Shown in pieces: positions 15,301-28,998 of a DNA stretch of 64,000 nucleotides; within the stretch, counting starts at the first letter, position 1; every line of letters begins with the position of its first letter. The translations under genes and the position numbers were made by a program. Below the pieces are notes generated by a model. That model searched no databases. It was not told the DNA's origin and saw only the letters and a program-made list of their open reading frames with translations. This DNA is from Eledone cirrhosa (lineage: Eukaryota): NCBI GenBank assembly GCA_964016885.1, contig OZ024743.1, forward strand, positions 118,916,001-118,980,000, given 5' to 3'.

Positions 15301-15876
15301 AGAAGAAAGTTAGATATCATGACAGTAAGTAAGGCAAAAGCAATTAAAATTGTAGGAGAGGAAACGTTTAAAAATTATATATAATAGAGAAAAGCTAGAT
15401 TGGTTAACTATATTTGTTTGTGAAGAAGGATTAGAAGCAAGAAACAAATAGCTCATTCGAGATGATAATTGATTTGCTATATTTATAATGGGATATAAAC
15501 AACTCCAAACAAACGATCAAACAAGTAGAGTTAGTACTCTATAATATTCTGAGTACATATTTACCCAACTGTCATAGTACATTATATTGCAGTCATTTGG
15601 GAAGAAATTGTTGGCAATAAAGTATTTCCGATTTTGTATTAACATAACGAAAACAGGTGTGTGATTAGTTTCGTATTATTAACATCGTTAAACCAAAGTG
15701 AAAATGTTATGTAGATTGGATGCCTGAACAAGAAACAGTTTGACGAGGATATGTAGAAGTTTGGCTTAGAAGCGAATTTCATGTTGCTTATGTGATTGCG
15801 TTACTTTGTTGTTACTTTTATTTTAATGAAAACGGATTATGAAATGTTTGCCTAATAAGATGTACGGTGTACTTAC

Positions 15877-16135
15877 CAACAGGAGGGCTGTAATTAGAAC
15901 CTGTGTGTGCTTCCACACCGCCGCCGGGCGAGGTCAAAGACCCAGGTAATGGTATTTCTTGTTTAATAGTCTGATATTCTTTTTGTCCATCGTTTGCTGA
16001 GGTATTTGTGACAAAAGTGTTGAAAGGTGCTGGATAAACCGAATAATTCTGGCCGTTTGTGTTCAATTCTCTTGAGCTGGCATCAATACGAGATAGTTTG
16101 CTTGGTACTATATGGTGTTCGGAAGGGTATATCAT
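15877..16135 (-). CDS. Pax2/5/8: Pax2/5/8 coding exon, C-terminal region; 259 bp, phase 0/1
   Basis: Acceptor ttttaacag|ATG and donor GTTG|gtaagt. Translates to MIYPSEHHIVPSKLSRID...IKQEIPLPGSLTSPGGGVEAHTGSNYSPPV, a P/S/T-rich transcription-factor-like sequence. Lies inside ORF 15818..16135. Confidence 0.9.
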
Positions 16136-16214
16136 CTGTTAAAATATAGAAAAAAATTCGAATGTCATTACATGGGAGCAAAACACATTTCAATGATTTC
16201 CTTCGTCTATGTAA

Positions 16215-16550
16215 AAAATATCATGTCGTAAAGCACCATTTTACCTTAGGAAAATAGTGGAAACTTCCGGCGTCCATAGCATCCGGACCGCATCCTTACT
16301 TACTACTATCGAGGAGGAGATGGTTACACGCAGGAGCTAGGTCTGGATTGGCTATTTTAAGGTGAGCCCCTTGCAATCCAAAGGAGATGTTTTCTCCATT
16401 CTGTCCACTGGGGTCGGCAGGTAGCCTATACGTGTGTTCCCATACACTAAGGAACGCTCCCCAACTCCATTAGGACCACGTCACAGGATTAGCGACGCTG
16501 AGTTGTACTTTCACTTGTGGAACTCATTACACTATATAAATACCATCGCT
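16215..16550 (+). mobile_element. Probable degraded Penelope-like terminal fragment
   Basis: GC-richer island with an imperfect hairpin (cac-cattttaccttaggaaaata-gtg) followed by GAAAC-ttccggc-GTC and the ccttacttact motif also seen on the minus strand of the 49.35 kb element. The CUGANGA core is not intact. Confidence 0.3.
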
Positions 16551-18232
16551 AAACATATATAAAATATTAATTCATTGTCATGGGGATTCTATAAACATGC
16601 TCCTACTTGGAATAGATATATTTGGTTTTCGTGTTTTAATTTGTTTCGGGCATTTAAAACACGATGGACTGAGAAAAAAACGCTACAAGATAATGACGAT
16701 GTATTCTGATTAGACAAGTAAACACGATACGTAAGAGAGTGACATGAAATAATAGGTTGACTACGGGTTTCTCAAGAGCAATGTAAACATTGTGGATCTG
16801 TCAACGAAGAGTGTAATTGGTGCGCAATGTTAATGGTCAGTTAGAATATAAATATAAAAAGAAAACAATAAAATCTATCTCTGTCTATTCCTTCGGGAAA
16901 TAAACTGTTAGAATAAAGAGGACATTTTTGGAGAACGTTGACTTACAGTAGTAGTAGTAGTAGTAGTAGTGTTTATATGCATGTTGCTGCAAGTTGAAAC
17001 AAACCGCCAGTTACCGAGCTCTGACTAATTCATAGTACCTATGCATAGCTATACTCAATAAAAATAAGAATCCACTGTGTCAGACTAGAACATTTTACGG
17101 TATATAGTTATGTTATTTTACATTCTTACTTCACATCTCTTTATGGCTGACATTGTCTTTCATCATTTAGGTGTTGATGAAATAAGCACTGATCAAATAG
17201 TAGGTTCGTTTTAATTGACTACCATTTACCACATTCGTGTCCTTACAAAATTGGTCATCTTGTGCCATTGTAAGCAGCCATTATGCATTTAAACTCGATC
17301 CAAATCGCCCAAATGTTTTAGTTAGATTCACTCAGATATCTGAGGATTGTTGTGTAGAAATTGTCGTTTAATATCAGTATTTTTAGCTTTTATTTAATGT
17401 TTATTCTGATTTGTTTGTTTTTGTTGGTTGTGTCAAGAAACTATATTTGATAACCGGTTTGACTTTATTCTATAACAATCGAACTACGCCTAGTGTTAGT
17501 TTGTACAGTGGCTGCAAACACAAACAAAAGATTTACTTAACACGCAACTCAATAAGAGAAGAAAGGGTAAATAGTAAAGTGCAATTGAAATAACAACGTA
17601 GGTAGTAAAAGACCTTGTTGTATTTGAAGCCAAAATGGAGTCCAGCGTATCAAAAAGACTGCGTTATTGAAACAGAAAGGGAAAAGTGAACGAATATGAA
17701 GGAAAATAGGAAAATGTAGTGCAGTGGCTATATGAACAAAGTAGATAGTCGGGAATGTAACCAGAGAGAGAGAGAGAGAGAGAATGTAACCAGAGAGAGA
17801 GAGAGAGAGTGGAGGGGTAAGTACGAAAAGGAATGAGTATGAGAGGGAGAGGAGTAATAGAGTGAGTGGGAGTGCATAAGAGGTAGAGTAGCGGATTTGA
17901 ATGAGAGAATGAGGAAATTATAATGTCAAAGAACGGCTGCGTTTCTATTGATGTCCTAAATATCCGCTGTAGAGAATAGTTTGAAATTAGAGTGGGCTAC
18001 AATTGGTAAAGAAAGGAAGAGAGAAACGGAAATGCAGAGAGACTACGGAAATTCAAGAGTTGAAGGAAAAGAGAGATGGAAGAGAAAGCGAAAAAGAAGC
18101 CGAGTGAGAGAAAAATACCAAGAGAAGTATTTTGAAAGAACAGAGAGAAAGAATATAGAAAGAAGAGTAAAAGGAAAATGAAAGTAAAAGAGATTTGGAA
18201 GGAAAGATAAATACTACTTAGTAAAGTTAATA

Positions 18233-18272
<40 letters not shown>

Positions 18273-18445
18273 AAGAGAGAGTGTGTGTGTGTGTGTGTGT
18301 TTCGGTTTTGTGTATAAGAATGGGTATCACAAAACAGCGAGAAAGATTAAACTAGAAAAAGAAGAAATATATATGCGTGAGAGGAATATTGAATACCACG
18401 TAGAAAAGTCAGATATAGAAGGGAAAGCAGGAGCTCGAACATGTG

Positions 18446-18447
18446 AC

Positions 18448-18501
<54 letters not shown>

Positions 18502-18562
18502 ATGTATATATGTGTGTGTGTATGTATATATGTGTGTGTGTGTGTGTATGTGTGTGCATGTG

Positions 18563-18593
<31 letters not shown>

Positions 18594-18670
18594 ATGTATA
18601 TATGCGTGTGTGTGTGTGTATATATGCGTGTGTGTGTGTATATATGCGTGTGTGTGTGTGTGTGTGTGTG
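18446..18670. repeat. (TA)n/(TG)n compound microsatellite; similar arrays at 3623-3727, 38737-39043, 39971-40125, 43329-43503, 44532-44650 and 58626-59090
   Basis: Direct inspection. Confidence 0.9.
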
Positions 18671-20899
18671 AGGTGGATAATATTGAATGGATCAGTTTGT
18701 AGTGAAGAGAGAAACCTACATAATCTAAATGTAATGAAAGAGTTAGTTCAATGCTATACAGGCAGTCAATGGTGAAGTGTCAGCAGCAGCAGCACCAGCA
18801 GCAGCAGCAGCAACAACAACAACAACAACACCAACACCACCAATAATAACAATAACAAATAATGGCAATCAATCGAATTTCTGTTCAATTCGATCGCCGC
18901 TCTTTGCTCCTTGATTAGAAAGACTCAATAGCTATGAGAAGGAAAAGAATAACTAAATACATAAACATACAAACAAATAAATGAGATTAAGGGGGGAAAG
19001 AACAGAAAGAGGAGGAGAAAATGCATTAAAAGGTCTTTGAGTCACATCTAAATGGAATTACCAAATAACGAATAAATGAAAATATAAAAAAAAAAACAAC
19101 GTATATATAAACACACAAAAACACAAAAATATAATAGAGAGAAGCGAAAATGCGTTGGTATTCTTGTTAGTTCTTTTTGTTCTCTTCGTTCTTTGGTTGT
19201 TGTTTTATTTTATTTTATATATTTATTTATTTATTTTTGGCTAAATTTGATGAAATCCTAACCAAAAGGATGTATCAATCGGTAATTCTTTGTTAAATCG
19301 CTCATAGTTCCAGAACACAGACCAACTATAAAGACAAACCGAAGTGGAAAGAGCCGTATGGAGTGGTGGCGCAGCCGTTTGTGGTAGTGTTGCTGCTGCT
19401 AGTGGTTCTTCCATTGGTGGTGAGAGTGGCGATGATGATAGTGATAAAGCATAATGGGGGATGAGGGAGGAAAATGTTGAGGATTGTGGGGGGGGGGGGG
19501 GGTCCAAAGAGTGAAACGACTCTTGATGCTTTTACAGTGCAAAGGTTTTTTTTCTTGTTATATTTTTGTTTATGTTTTTTTTTTCCGTTTTGTTTTTTGT
19601 GTTTCATTTCTGAAGAATACCATCAATGAAATTACCACCACATCTAGTACTGAGATGCGCAAACAACAACAATATAGCGAAAGAATATTTGGGTGGGACG
19701 AAATAAAACGGAAAGCAAAACTAAAAAATAAATAAATAACTGGGGGGGGGGGGGGGCCTAGTTACTATGGGTTGCGTTTTTCTCCTCCTTGTTTTACGTT
19801 ATTATCTCGCTAATTCTATTAATATATTAAAATAGAGGCGGGACTTCCTTTCTTTATTTTTCTACGTACACAGATGCTAAGATCTGAAAAAAGACAAGTT
19901 AGACCTAAGGTCACTTAAAGAATTATTTGTGTTTTCTACGCCACAACATCATTATTCTAGCTTTTGTTATAGTTTTGCTATTATTACTTGTATTGCTGTT
20001 GAATCACCGAAAAATCAATGGAAATTGAAGAGGTTAATTCATATCTTCTCCTCCCTCAAAATTATTGAAGCTCAATTCAACAAAGAGACATTTGCTGCTT
20101 CGTTCAATTTCAAGCTACAAATAATTCTTGCTGCATAGTTTACACATGATATTAAAAAAAGAAAATAATAATGATAACAAAAAGTAGACCAAAAGGAATA
20201 AATAAATTAAGGATTTTTAATTAAAATACTTTCTTGCTGTCATGAATTGTCGGTTGAGACAGTCATCATCTCTCACTCTAAATATTTCCTTTATATTTAA
20301 AAATAAAAATTAAAAAAAGATAAAGTATTGTTTTAGCCCTAGGAGATCCAGACACATTTAAAACAGCGAATCAATGGGGGGGGGGGTTCTACGACGTTGT
20401 TTGTTTTGCTAGAAATGGCAACTAAATATTTCTCAAGTCATATTTTGTGTTTATCTTGTTAGAGACACGGATTAAATTATCCGAAATAACTAAATAAATG
20501 AGGGCTGATCATCGCAGGGATGTTTGCGATTATAGCGCTACTTGATCACAGCCGATATCAGATTAATAACAAGTATACAGCCTACCTGGGAGCTCTGTGT
20601 GGAGGGTGGACCTACTAGAAATGCCAGATAAATAGCAAAAGCATAATGAATGCTGTAGTCTTAGATACATTATTTCTGAATTACGATGGCTGTTTAAGGC
20701 TGAAACGCCTTTAATCAAAAGACTTCTCATGTGGGTTTAAAGAGTAGCAGCAATATTTTATTTCTATGAACTCTGGTTCATTTGTGCGCCTTGGAATTTT
20801 TTAAAAGTAAGATACGCTTATGCTGTAAAAAGTTCATTGTGCAATCATGTGACATCGGGTTCAAGCACATTACACAGCATCTTGGAAGGGTTTGGTTAT

Positions 20900-21062
20900 A
20901 TATATTATAAAGAGTCGGGGACTCGACGACTAATCTCTTGCCGTGTCAACATGGAGCTAGCTGGTGAAACGGCAAGAGCTCAGTCCTCGGGCCTTGACTC
21001 ATTATAATATAGCTATACTCTACTACCCCAAGTATCGAGTACTCTATTGAGTAATGGTCTAA
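20900..21062. mobile_element. Older, diverged copy of the 26.6 kb palindromic element family
   Basis: Degenerate inverted arms about 20900-20948 and 20965-21011 with gaaacggcaagagctcagtcctc. Tail 21017-21060 matches the reverse complement of 26509-26552 at 36/44 by manual alignment. Confidence 0.6.
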
Positions 21063-21303
21063 CAAATTTTAAACTAGTTCTATCCACACACACATATATA
21101 TACATATATATATATACATACATACACACACACCTAATCTGCTTGGTAATGTTTCTTTTATCTTGGACATCGACACTGATATATCACTCTCCTCATTTTA
21201 AATGGACCGAGATAGTGATTGGCGCATAGGAAACCGGTAAGCAATGAGAATATAATTCGTAGCAGCAAAATATCATAAATGAATGAATAAATAAAAATAG
21301 TAC

Positions 21304-21356
21304 CTGGTCATTTTGTGCGTCTGTTCGATTTTCAACGTCTGTATGGCCATTTGGCA
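21304..21356 (-). CDS. Pax2/5/8: Pax2/5/8 short coding exon; 53 bp, phase 1/0
   Basis: attctcttttacag|TG CCA AAT GGC CAT ... GAC CAG|gtacta translates to (V)PNGHTDVENRTDAQNDQ. It supplies exactly the phase 1 to phase 0 bridge needed between the 38.3 kb and 16.0 kb exons and has a good polypyrimidine tract. Confidence 0.85.
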
Positions 21357-24300
21357 CTGTAAAAGAGAATATATGTATATAAATATATATTTTTTTTCGA
21401 AGACAAAATATTCATTTATTTCACAAATATATAAATGGAAAAGTAGGTGAGTGTCATAAATGAAACTGCATGACATTAATGCTTTTCTTAAGGTCATTAC
21501 ACACGTAGAATGAATGAAATCACTGAGGCTGGGAGTCGAATAGAAACCGATGTAAGTGAACATCTTTGTATTATGGCGCTCATCTATATATGGATTTATT
21601 GATTCCTTGTAGAGGCCGAAATATAGAATATGTTAACTGTATATGTGTATAAATATAAGCTATACATTAATATCAGATATTCAGTAGAGTAACATGTATA
21701 TAGATACGCTTCAACAATGAATTTGGCAATTGTTGTGTGAAAGTTAGCGCTTTGGATATTAAAATGCAGAGCAAACACAAATTATTCAATTCTATAAATT
21801 ACTTAATTGTATGGATAGATAGTAATATAGATATATTCATGTGTGACATTTACTATCAGGGAATTAGTTAATTTTGAAAAATATTTTCCAATAAGGCTCT
21901 CCCACGCAGACATAAATAGAAAGAAAGAAAAATTGGGCGCGTATTCAGACATTGTGGAGACAGCAGTATTACTAGGAACGAGGTCGGTGAATTTTTAGTC
22001 GAAACGAGGTGATTTCTAACTGCACTGAACCACGGTGAACGTTATTTCGTCAAGGCGCCAATCTATTTATTTACAAACAGTATATGTGCATGGACAAACT
22101 GGACTACGAAAAAATATTGTATACGAACAAATATACAATAATATTGCTATCTTCGTAGCTAATCAGCTGCATATCGAATAACAATATTTCATTTGCAACT
22201 AACAATTCTAGTAATACTAGTGAATCATTCCAGACATTACTGCACTGTTAATTTTACCCTGCTTTCCTTTACAGATAATTAATATTATACCAGTAATATA
22301 TAGCAAACGTCGGAATTATACCATAGTTCTGTTCTTGTAAGAAATAATCTAATGTTTCACCGAAAGAAATAATAATAGGATTACCAAATTAGTACAAAAT
22401 TAAAAATACAGATCTGATATTTTAGATTACTATTTTCGACTTATCACTTTATCTATATCGAGTAGTTTTCCCAGATTCCACTAAGAAACCTTTTTAGAAT
22501 TTAAAAACACGTGCTACTTTCCCTGTACACAATTGGATCTCATTTTCTCTCCCCCACCTACTGATATCTCTATCTTTTTCTATCTCTCTTCAACACCTTA
22601 GATGTAAGATACCTCCAGGAATACATAATCTTTCTAGTCAAAATGCCATTAATGAAAATCTGGAGATAGAATACGATGGTGATCAGAAATTGAATTCGTT
22701 GCTGTGAGTTCGCTCAGTTAAAATTTTTCGTTAATTGTGACAATCAAGGTATATTTTTTATCTTTTATTCCTTGTACTGAATTTGAAGGATGACAGGTTT
22801 TGGGTGCAGAAATCGTCATATATTGCTATCTGAGTGCTTCACCGCCCTTAAATAAAAATAAAAAATAAAAAACTTTGAAGAAGTTCGTTGATGTTATAAA
22901 AAAGCTTCTCTGCGATATTTCAGACCTAAGTGATGAATAATGGATCAATAAAAACAATAAAATATTTTGTTCTACACAAATATTAATAACGAACAATGAC
23001 CTCATGAATTCGAATCGAAATGTACTCTTTTAAAATTCATGTGAATCAGATTGTGTCATCTAATAATTCCCTATTAGCAACCCCCTCAGCTTTAAATTGT
23101 TTAATTTGTCTTCATTTGTGGAAGAAATATTTCTAAAGATATGATATTGAATACACTCACACAAATAGATACATACATACATACACACACATATATATGT
23201 GTACATATACATATATAAAACTGTATACTTGATTAAAAAGAATGAGCAAACTGAATTAAAAAATAAACAAACCACCACGTCCGTGGCTTTGATATATGCA
23301 ATAAATTTTCGCTTAAAAATTGTAATATCACACGCAGAAATAAGAGGATGGAAAATAGTGAAACGGTCTCAAATTGAATTTAAAAATAAAATTAAAAGCA
23401 AACATCAAGAAAGGTTAATTGCTGAGGATTTTGAGGTATTTGTAATTCAGTGAGACTTTATTGTTTTTCATTGTTTTGTTGTTTTTTTTTTTCTCTTTTC
23501 TATAATTTATTGATTTGTTTTAGTTTTAATTCATATTTCTAATATGCGCCGAATAAAAAGGAAATAACTTTAATATATTCCTGAACACGTAATTTATTTC
23601 CAAGGACACCTAAGTTATATGGGCTTTACGTGATATCTATTACAATTCATAAAGCTAAAATTGGATCTAAGAAGGAAGTCGGAGGTGGCGATACCACCTT
23701 TCTAGACCACACTATGTGATATGGTATATATAAAGCAAGAGAAACCCTTTTATGTTAAAGATTAATTATGTATTGACTAAATCAGGTTGAGGACATGAGA
23801 GAAAGAAAGACAAAAAAAAATGAAAGAAAGAAAAGGAAAAGGAAAACTACAAAATCTAAACAAAAATAAATAAATGCTTGAACACCAGGTTCGCATTCTA
23901 CTGCAGCCGATACTCAGTCGTATTTTAAACAAAGTCATAATCTACTGGGATGTTAGAGAGGCTGATTACTGATATCACAGCCACGGGGTGGTTGAAAATA
24001 TCTCCTATCCAAACTTTCTTTTCATCAATCACCCTGATGAAAGCGGAATAGGATAAAAATACAAAAAAATGGCAAATTTATAAAGGAGGAGAATATTTTT
24101 TGGAGATGTTCTAATTTCATTCCTTAATCGACTCCAATAATCTCCATAAATAAATGCACAATGGTTATACGATAGATGAGTTTATTCCATCTGATGGATA
24201 AATGCGGCACAACCCATTACTCAAGATTCTTGTGATTGAGCAAGTGAAGGAAGAAAGAGAGGTTGGAAATTATAAAATAGTAGTAGATTCGATAAATCGG

Positions 24301-24389
24301 AAGTAGATATAGTTATACAGACGGGAAGGTTGAGGTTAAGTGGATTGAAGAGAAATGTGAGAGATGTGGAGAAATATGGGTGGAAAAGT

Positions 24390-24539
<150 letters not shown>

Positions 24540-25354
24540 ATATACGTATATATCATATTTATACATGTGTGTGTGTAATATATAATATATATATAGCATC
24601 CAGAGGAAGAAACAAAAGTGATAGGATGATATAGATTTGAACAAAAGCTGAGACGAGATACAATGAAAGAAGGGTGGTGAATATGAATGGAATGGATAAA
24701 TAAATTGGTAACGAAATGAACAAACAAAAACAAAACATCTGCAACATCGGTGAAGTGATACATCATTTAAATATCTTTAAACTGATCTCAACTTACGCTA
24801 TACGATAAAATTGCGTGCAAGAGAATATTTGACGATATATTACGATTATTTTGCATGTTAGAGTCATCTATGTTGCCATCGATTAGATAAAAGAAAGAAA
24901 CACAAAATAATAAACAGATACGAATTATGTAGGCGTGGCATTGGGGGTCGAGAGTTGAAGAGATGTAAGGGTTAGGATCTCTTTAAATGGACATGGTAAC
25001 AGGTCATATACATGAGGCAGCTAACTGAGCACAAAATCTGTTTCAAACTACACAATCGCAGATCATATTATACCTCCATCTAACCTGGCGTCTAAACAAT
25101 TCATTATTTATATCAGTAAATTGTTTATAGATTCGATAATTAAATAGAGTTTTAGGAAGCATTGTCTTAGTTTAATAGCAACGGCTACATTTTTATTTAT
25201 GGGATTTTCTCTCTCTATTCTCCAATCATATGCATATATGTGCACGCATGCATTTACAATATTATTGTTATTAATGCAAGGAGAACTATTTTCTCTACTA
25301 CGGGTTGGTTAGCAATCAAGCAATTAAATACACCAATTAGAAAGTAAATACATT

Positions 25355-25560
25355 TTTCGATAAAACTTCTAGAAATGACAGCCAATTCACCCTCAAATCA
25401 TACTTTTACCATCTTTGAAAACGACATTAGATAATGCTGTCTAGGGTAAACTATTCCTGGAAAAATATATAGATGTGAAGGCCATGCGCTTCAATGCATT
25501 TGATAATAGTGTAGCTCAATAAGATAGGCCTATGATCAAATGCATGTAAGCCGTAACACC
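25355..25560. repeat. Unclassified old dispersed repeat; related copies at about 10560-10740, 20410-20720, 52490-52680 and 54060-54250
   Basis: Recurrent degenerate blocks ctagaaat..cagc.aa.t....ctcaaatcata / gacacattggataatg.agtc.tag / tttgat.a.agg, in both orientations. Confidence 0.45.
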
Positions 25561-26176
25561 AAAATTATGATAGATCAACAATTACATACATTCATTTATA
25601 CCTCCTAGTTTCGCCAACTGAACGTTCGCTTCATTAAGTAACATATATAAGGTTGAGTATCTTAAAATCATGCCATTCACATGCTAAATCACCTGGATAC
25701 ACTATGTACTAAAGCTGAGGCATTGAACTATAGGTACAATGAATTCGACGAACTTCCATGGCGATCCTGTATATACATTTCCATTCACAAGGCAAGCGAG
25801 AGATCAAATCCGATACCTCATTATTGCAAAGCAAAATTCCTATTCACTAAACCATAATTTACTTGAAAAATGCAGAAAGTTCAACATAACATATAACAAA
25901 AAAGATGAAGCGTAATAACATCTACGTACACTTTTGACAGAGATAACTCCGCATAACATTGTGTAAATAAAAACTACACATCATTGTCCATGGGTCGATA
26001 TTAACCTTTTGGAGATTGCTCGGTTATTAATATTTATATCCATTCTTATTTTATTAGCCCATCATTTCAAATTAGGAAGTTGCTGTTGAAAATATATTTA
26101 TTTTTTTCTTCTTGGCTCCTTTTCCTGCGTGTCTTAATTCAATTTCGTTTTCGAAAAGTTATCAAAAGATTTTACT

Positions 26177-26207
<31 letters not shown>

Positions 26208-26379
26208 ATAAAAACAAAAATTCGAAATCAATCTTTTTCCTCCCAAAATATAATTTATAATCTACCTATGTCTTGTGTGCTTACTCAGTTAATGTTTGGC
26301 AATCATTATACCATAAAACTTATTCATATATATATATATATACAGGTACACATATATGTTGAGATAGATGCAAATACAT

Positions 26380-26443
<64 letters not shown>

Positions 26444-26481
26444 GCCACACACATACAGCCCCCATATATATATATATATAA

Positions 26482-26678
26482 CGAAGGAAATGTGGTAAGG
26501 AACCAGATGGACCATAACGCACCAAAGTACTCAATACTTAGGGTAGTAGAGTGGGTGATAGTAACGAATAGGACCCCGACGGCTGAGCTCAAGCCGTTTC
26601 GACGGCTAATTCTGGACTAAAATGTCCAGAATTAGCCGTCGAAACGGCTTGAGCTCAGCCGTCGGGGTCCTACTCGTT

Positions 26679-26680
<2 letters not shown>
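26482..26680. mobile_element. Palindromic Penelope-like remnant inserted in (TA)n
   Basis: Perfect 49-bp inverted arms 26569-26617 and 26624-26672 with a 6-nt loop. Each arm carries GAAAC-GGCT-tgagctc-AGCC-GTC (hammerhead 3' half). (TA)n on both sides. Confidence 0.6.
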
Positions 26681-26739
<59 letters not shown>

Positions 26740-27086
26740 TTTCATTGAACTGCGGACAAGCTGGGGCAACGCCTTTAGCAGATTAGTAAATTACATCAAC
26801 TCTAGTCCATTATTTGCGTTTTTGTAGCAACACCGTTATTTACAGAACGGACATAGTCATATACATATGTATATATATATATGATGAGCGTACACAAAGT
26901 TTTCGTCGAAATAATTCCGGCCATGTGTTACTGGCTAACCAGAAGCTTTCGTAGACGAGACAGCTCTAGGGTCGCACACCGCGTGTTTGAGCTCAGAAAT
27001 TCAATGTGGCAAAGCGAAAATTTTAACCACACGTATGTATACAATACACACGTACACAATTGTATATTTAATACAGACTTACATGC

Positions 27087-27135
<49 letters not shown>

Positions 27136-28199
27136 TGTGTGTGTGTGTGTGAGAGAGAGAGGGAGAGAAAGAAGTAGAGGCAGAGAATGTTAAACAGTGA
27201 AAGAATATGACAGGAGGAAGTACATAAACCATTGTTTTACGATCGTTCCAGATATACTCACCCCCCCCCCCCTACCCACCATCCCATTACATATATAAAG
27301 CAAGTTCATTCCTCCCCTTGCAATGATTTTCTTAAGACATATCTCTCTCATACACAAAGAAGCTCATAATATTTTATCAAGAAGATATTTTCTATCTTTA
27401 AAACCCTTTACATCTGTCATTTTCATTCACTTGCTAGATATATTTAAACATACACACATACATATATAAATATCTATATACATACATACATATACATTGA
27501 TACATACATACAAATACATACATACATACATATGCATGCATGCATTCGTGCAAATAGATATGTATGTTTGCATACGTTTATGTATATCAAACTTAACTCG
27601 CTGCTACACATGCACACACAACTATTAACTTTAAGAAAGTGTGAGTGCGTGCGTATGCATGCATGTATACTTGTTTTTCTATAAGTGTAAGTTAATTTGA
27701 AACCTCAAAGCTTCTTCATTCTTCATATTTCAACTCGTTGATTCTCCCAACCCCATACACTCACACATATACAACTATCAATTTTAAAACAAAGCGCAAC
27801 AGTTCAGTAAATATTACACAATTATTTGATGAAAATGTTCATTTCTTCACCATTTTTGTTCTACTTGTATATATATTAACGTTGTTGCTAATTTCCTTTT
27901 CGACTTTTATGAAATCTGAGAAAAGATGAAGACTTTATAAATAAAATCTAATTTTATATTGATCTTGAATGAGTCGGCAAAATGTCTGAAAATGGTTTTC
28001 ATGTATGGTTGATCTAAAGGAACTGTAAATTCTAATGAACAGCACATATATGATACTGATGTCTATAAAATAGAGATTATAAACCAAAATAGATTTATTT
28101 ATTTTTATTAATGCTACCTCAACATCATCATGTTCATTATTACCATTAATATAATCTCTCATATTAATATTCTTTTATTACTTTTATCAATTTTATAAA

Positions 28200-28410
28200 G
28201 GCACAGCATTGGCAGAATGAGTTGGAACTTCAGTTAAAAGCCTTACAGCATTTAGTTGTGTCTTTGCGTTCTAAGTTCGAATACGATCGAGGTTAGTGAT
28301 GTCATTCTTCCCTCCGGCGTCGATGAGTTATACCAATATATGGCTAATATCCATTGTTTTGTCTATTCAATTAGTTCTCTCTAATATTTCATTCAATAAA
28401 GCCCTTTTTG
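28200..28410 (+). mobile_element. Diverged SINE family A copy
   Basis: ttggcagaat...cttt gcgttctaagttcgaatacgatcgaggtta...cctccggcgtcgatgagttatacca pattern. Confidence 0.55.
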
Positions 28411-28955
28411 TAGGTGGGGTTTGGTTTAGACAGAGAAGAAAGTTCGGTGACCGCGATCCCTGGTCCGATGCCATGCAAATTGTGCGCAAAGAAACATTGT
28501 TGTAGTTAACAATGCGGTATTGTTACATCTATCTCCAAGGAATATACATGTGATAGGATTCCACATAATTTCTCTCGACATAATTTCACACAGAAGATGT
28601 GATCGAAGCAAGAGAAACATGTCAAATATAATATTCAGAAACCACCTCTAAGGAACACCCAGCTTGTAGCGGTAGTTTCGAATAACCACCGCCGGCAAAA
28701 CAGAGTTGTCCTCTGTGAGGGAATGGGGATTTTTTTTTATCACCTTTATAACATAATAGAAACAACTTTAATTATTCAATTGAAGAGCATAAAGAATGTG
28801 TGCAAATTCTTTCAGGTGACGTTTAAGAGCAAAATAATTAACTAGGAAGATTGTTTTAAATATCCAAATGTTATTATCAGCATATGGACATTACTAGCAT
28901 TATCGGTGTTTCTGAATGTTGAATTTACGCAATTAAATCTTACAGCTTTGCAAGT

Positions 28956-28998
<43 letters not shown>

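Noticed and set aside
28107-28160. Possible phase 1 to 0 exon DYINGNNEHDDVE
   Set aside because: It has no polypyrimidine tract and a weak donor (gtagca); the exon at 21304-21356 fits much better.
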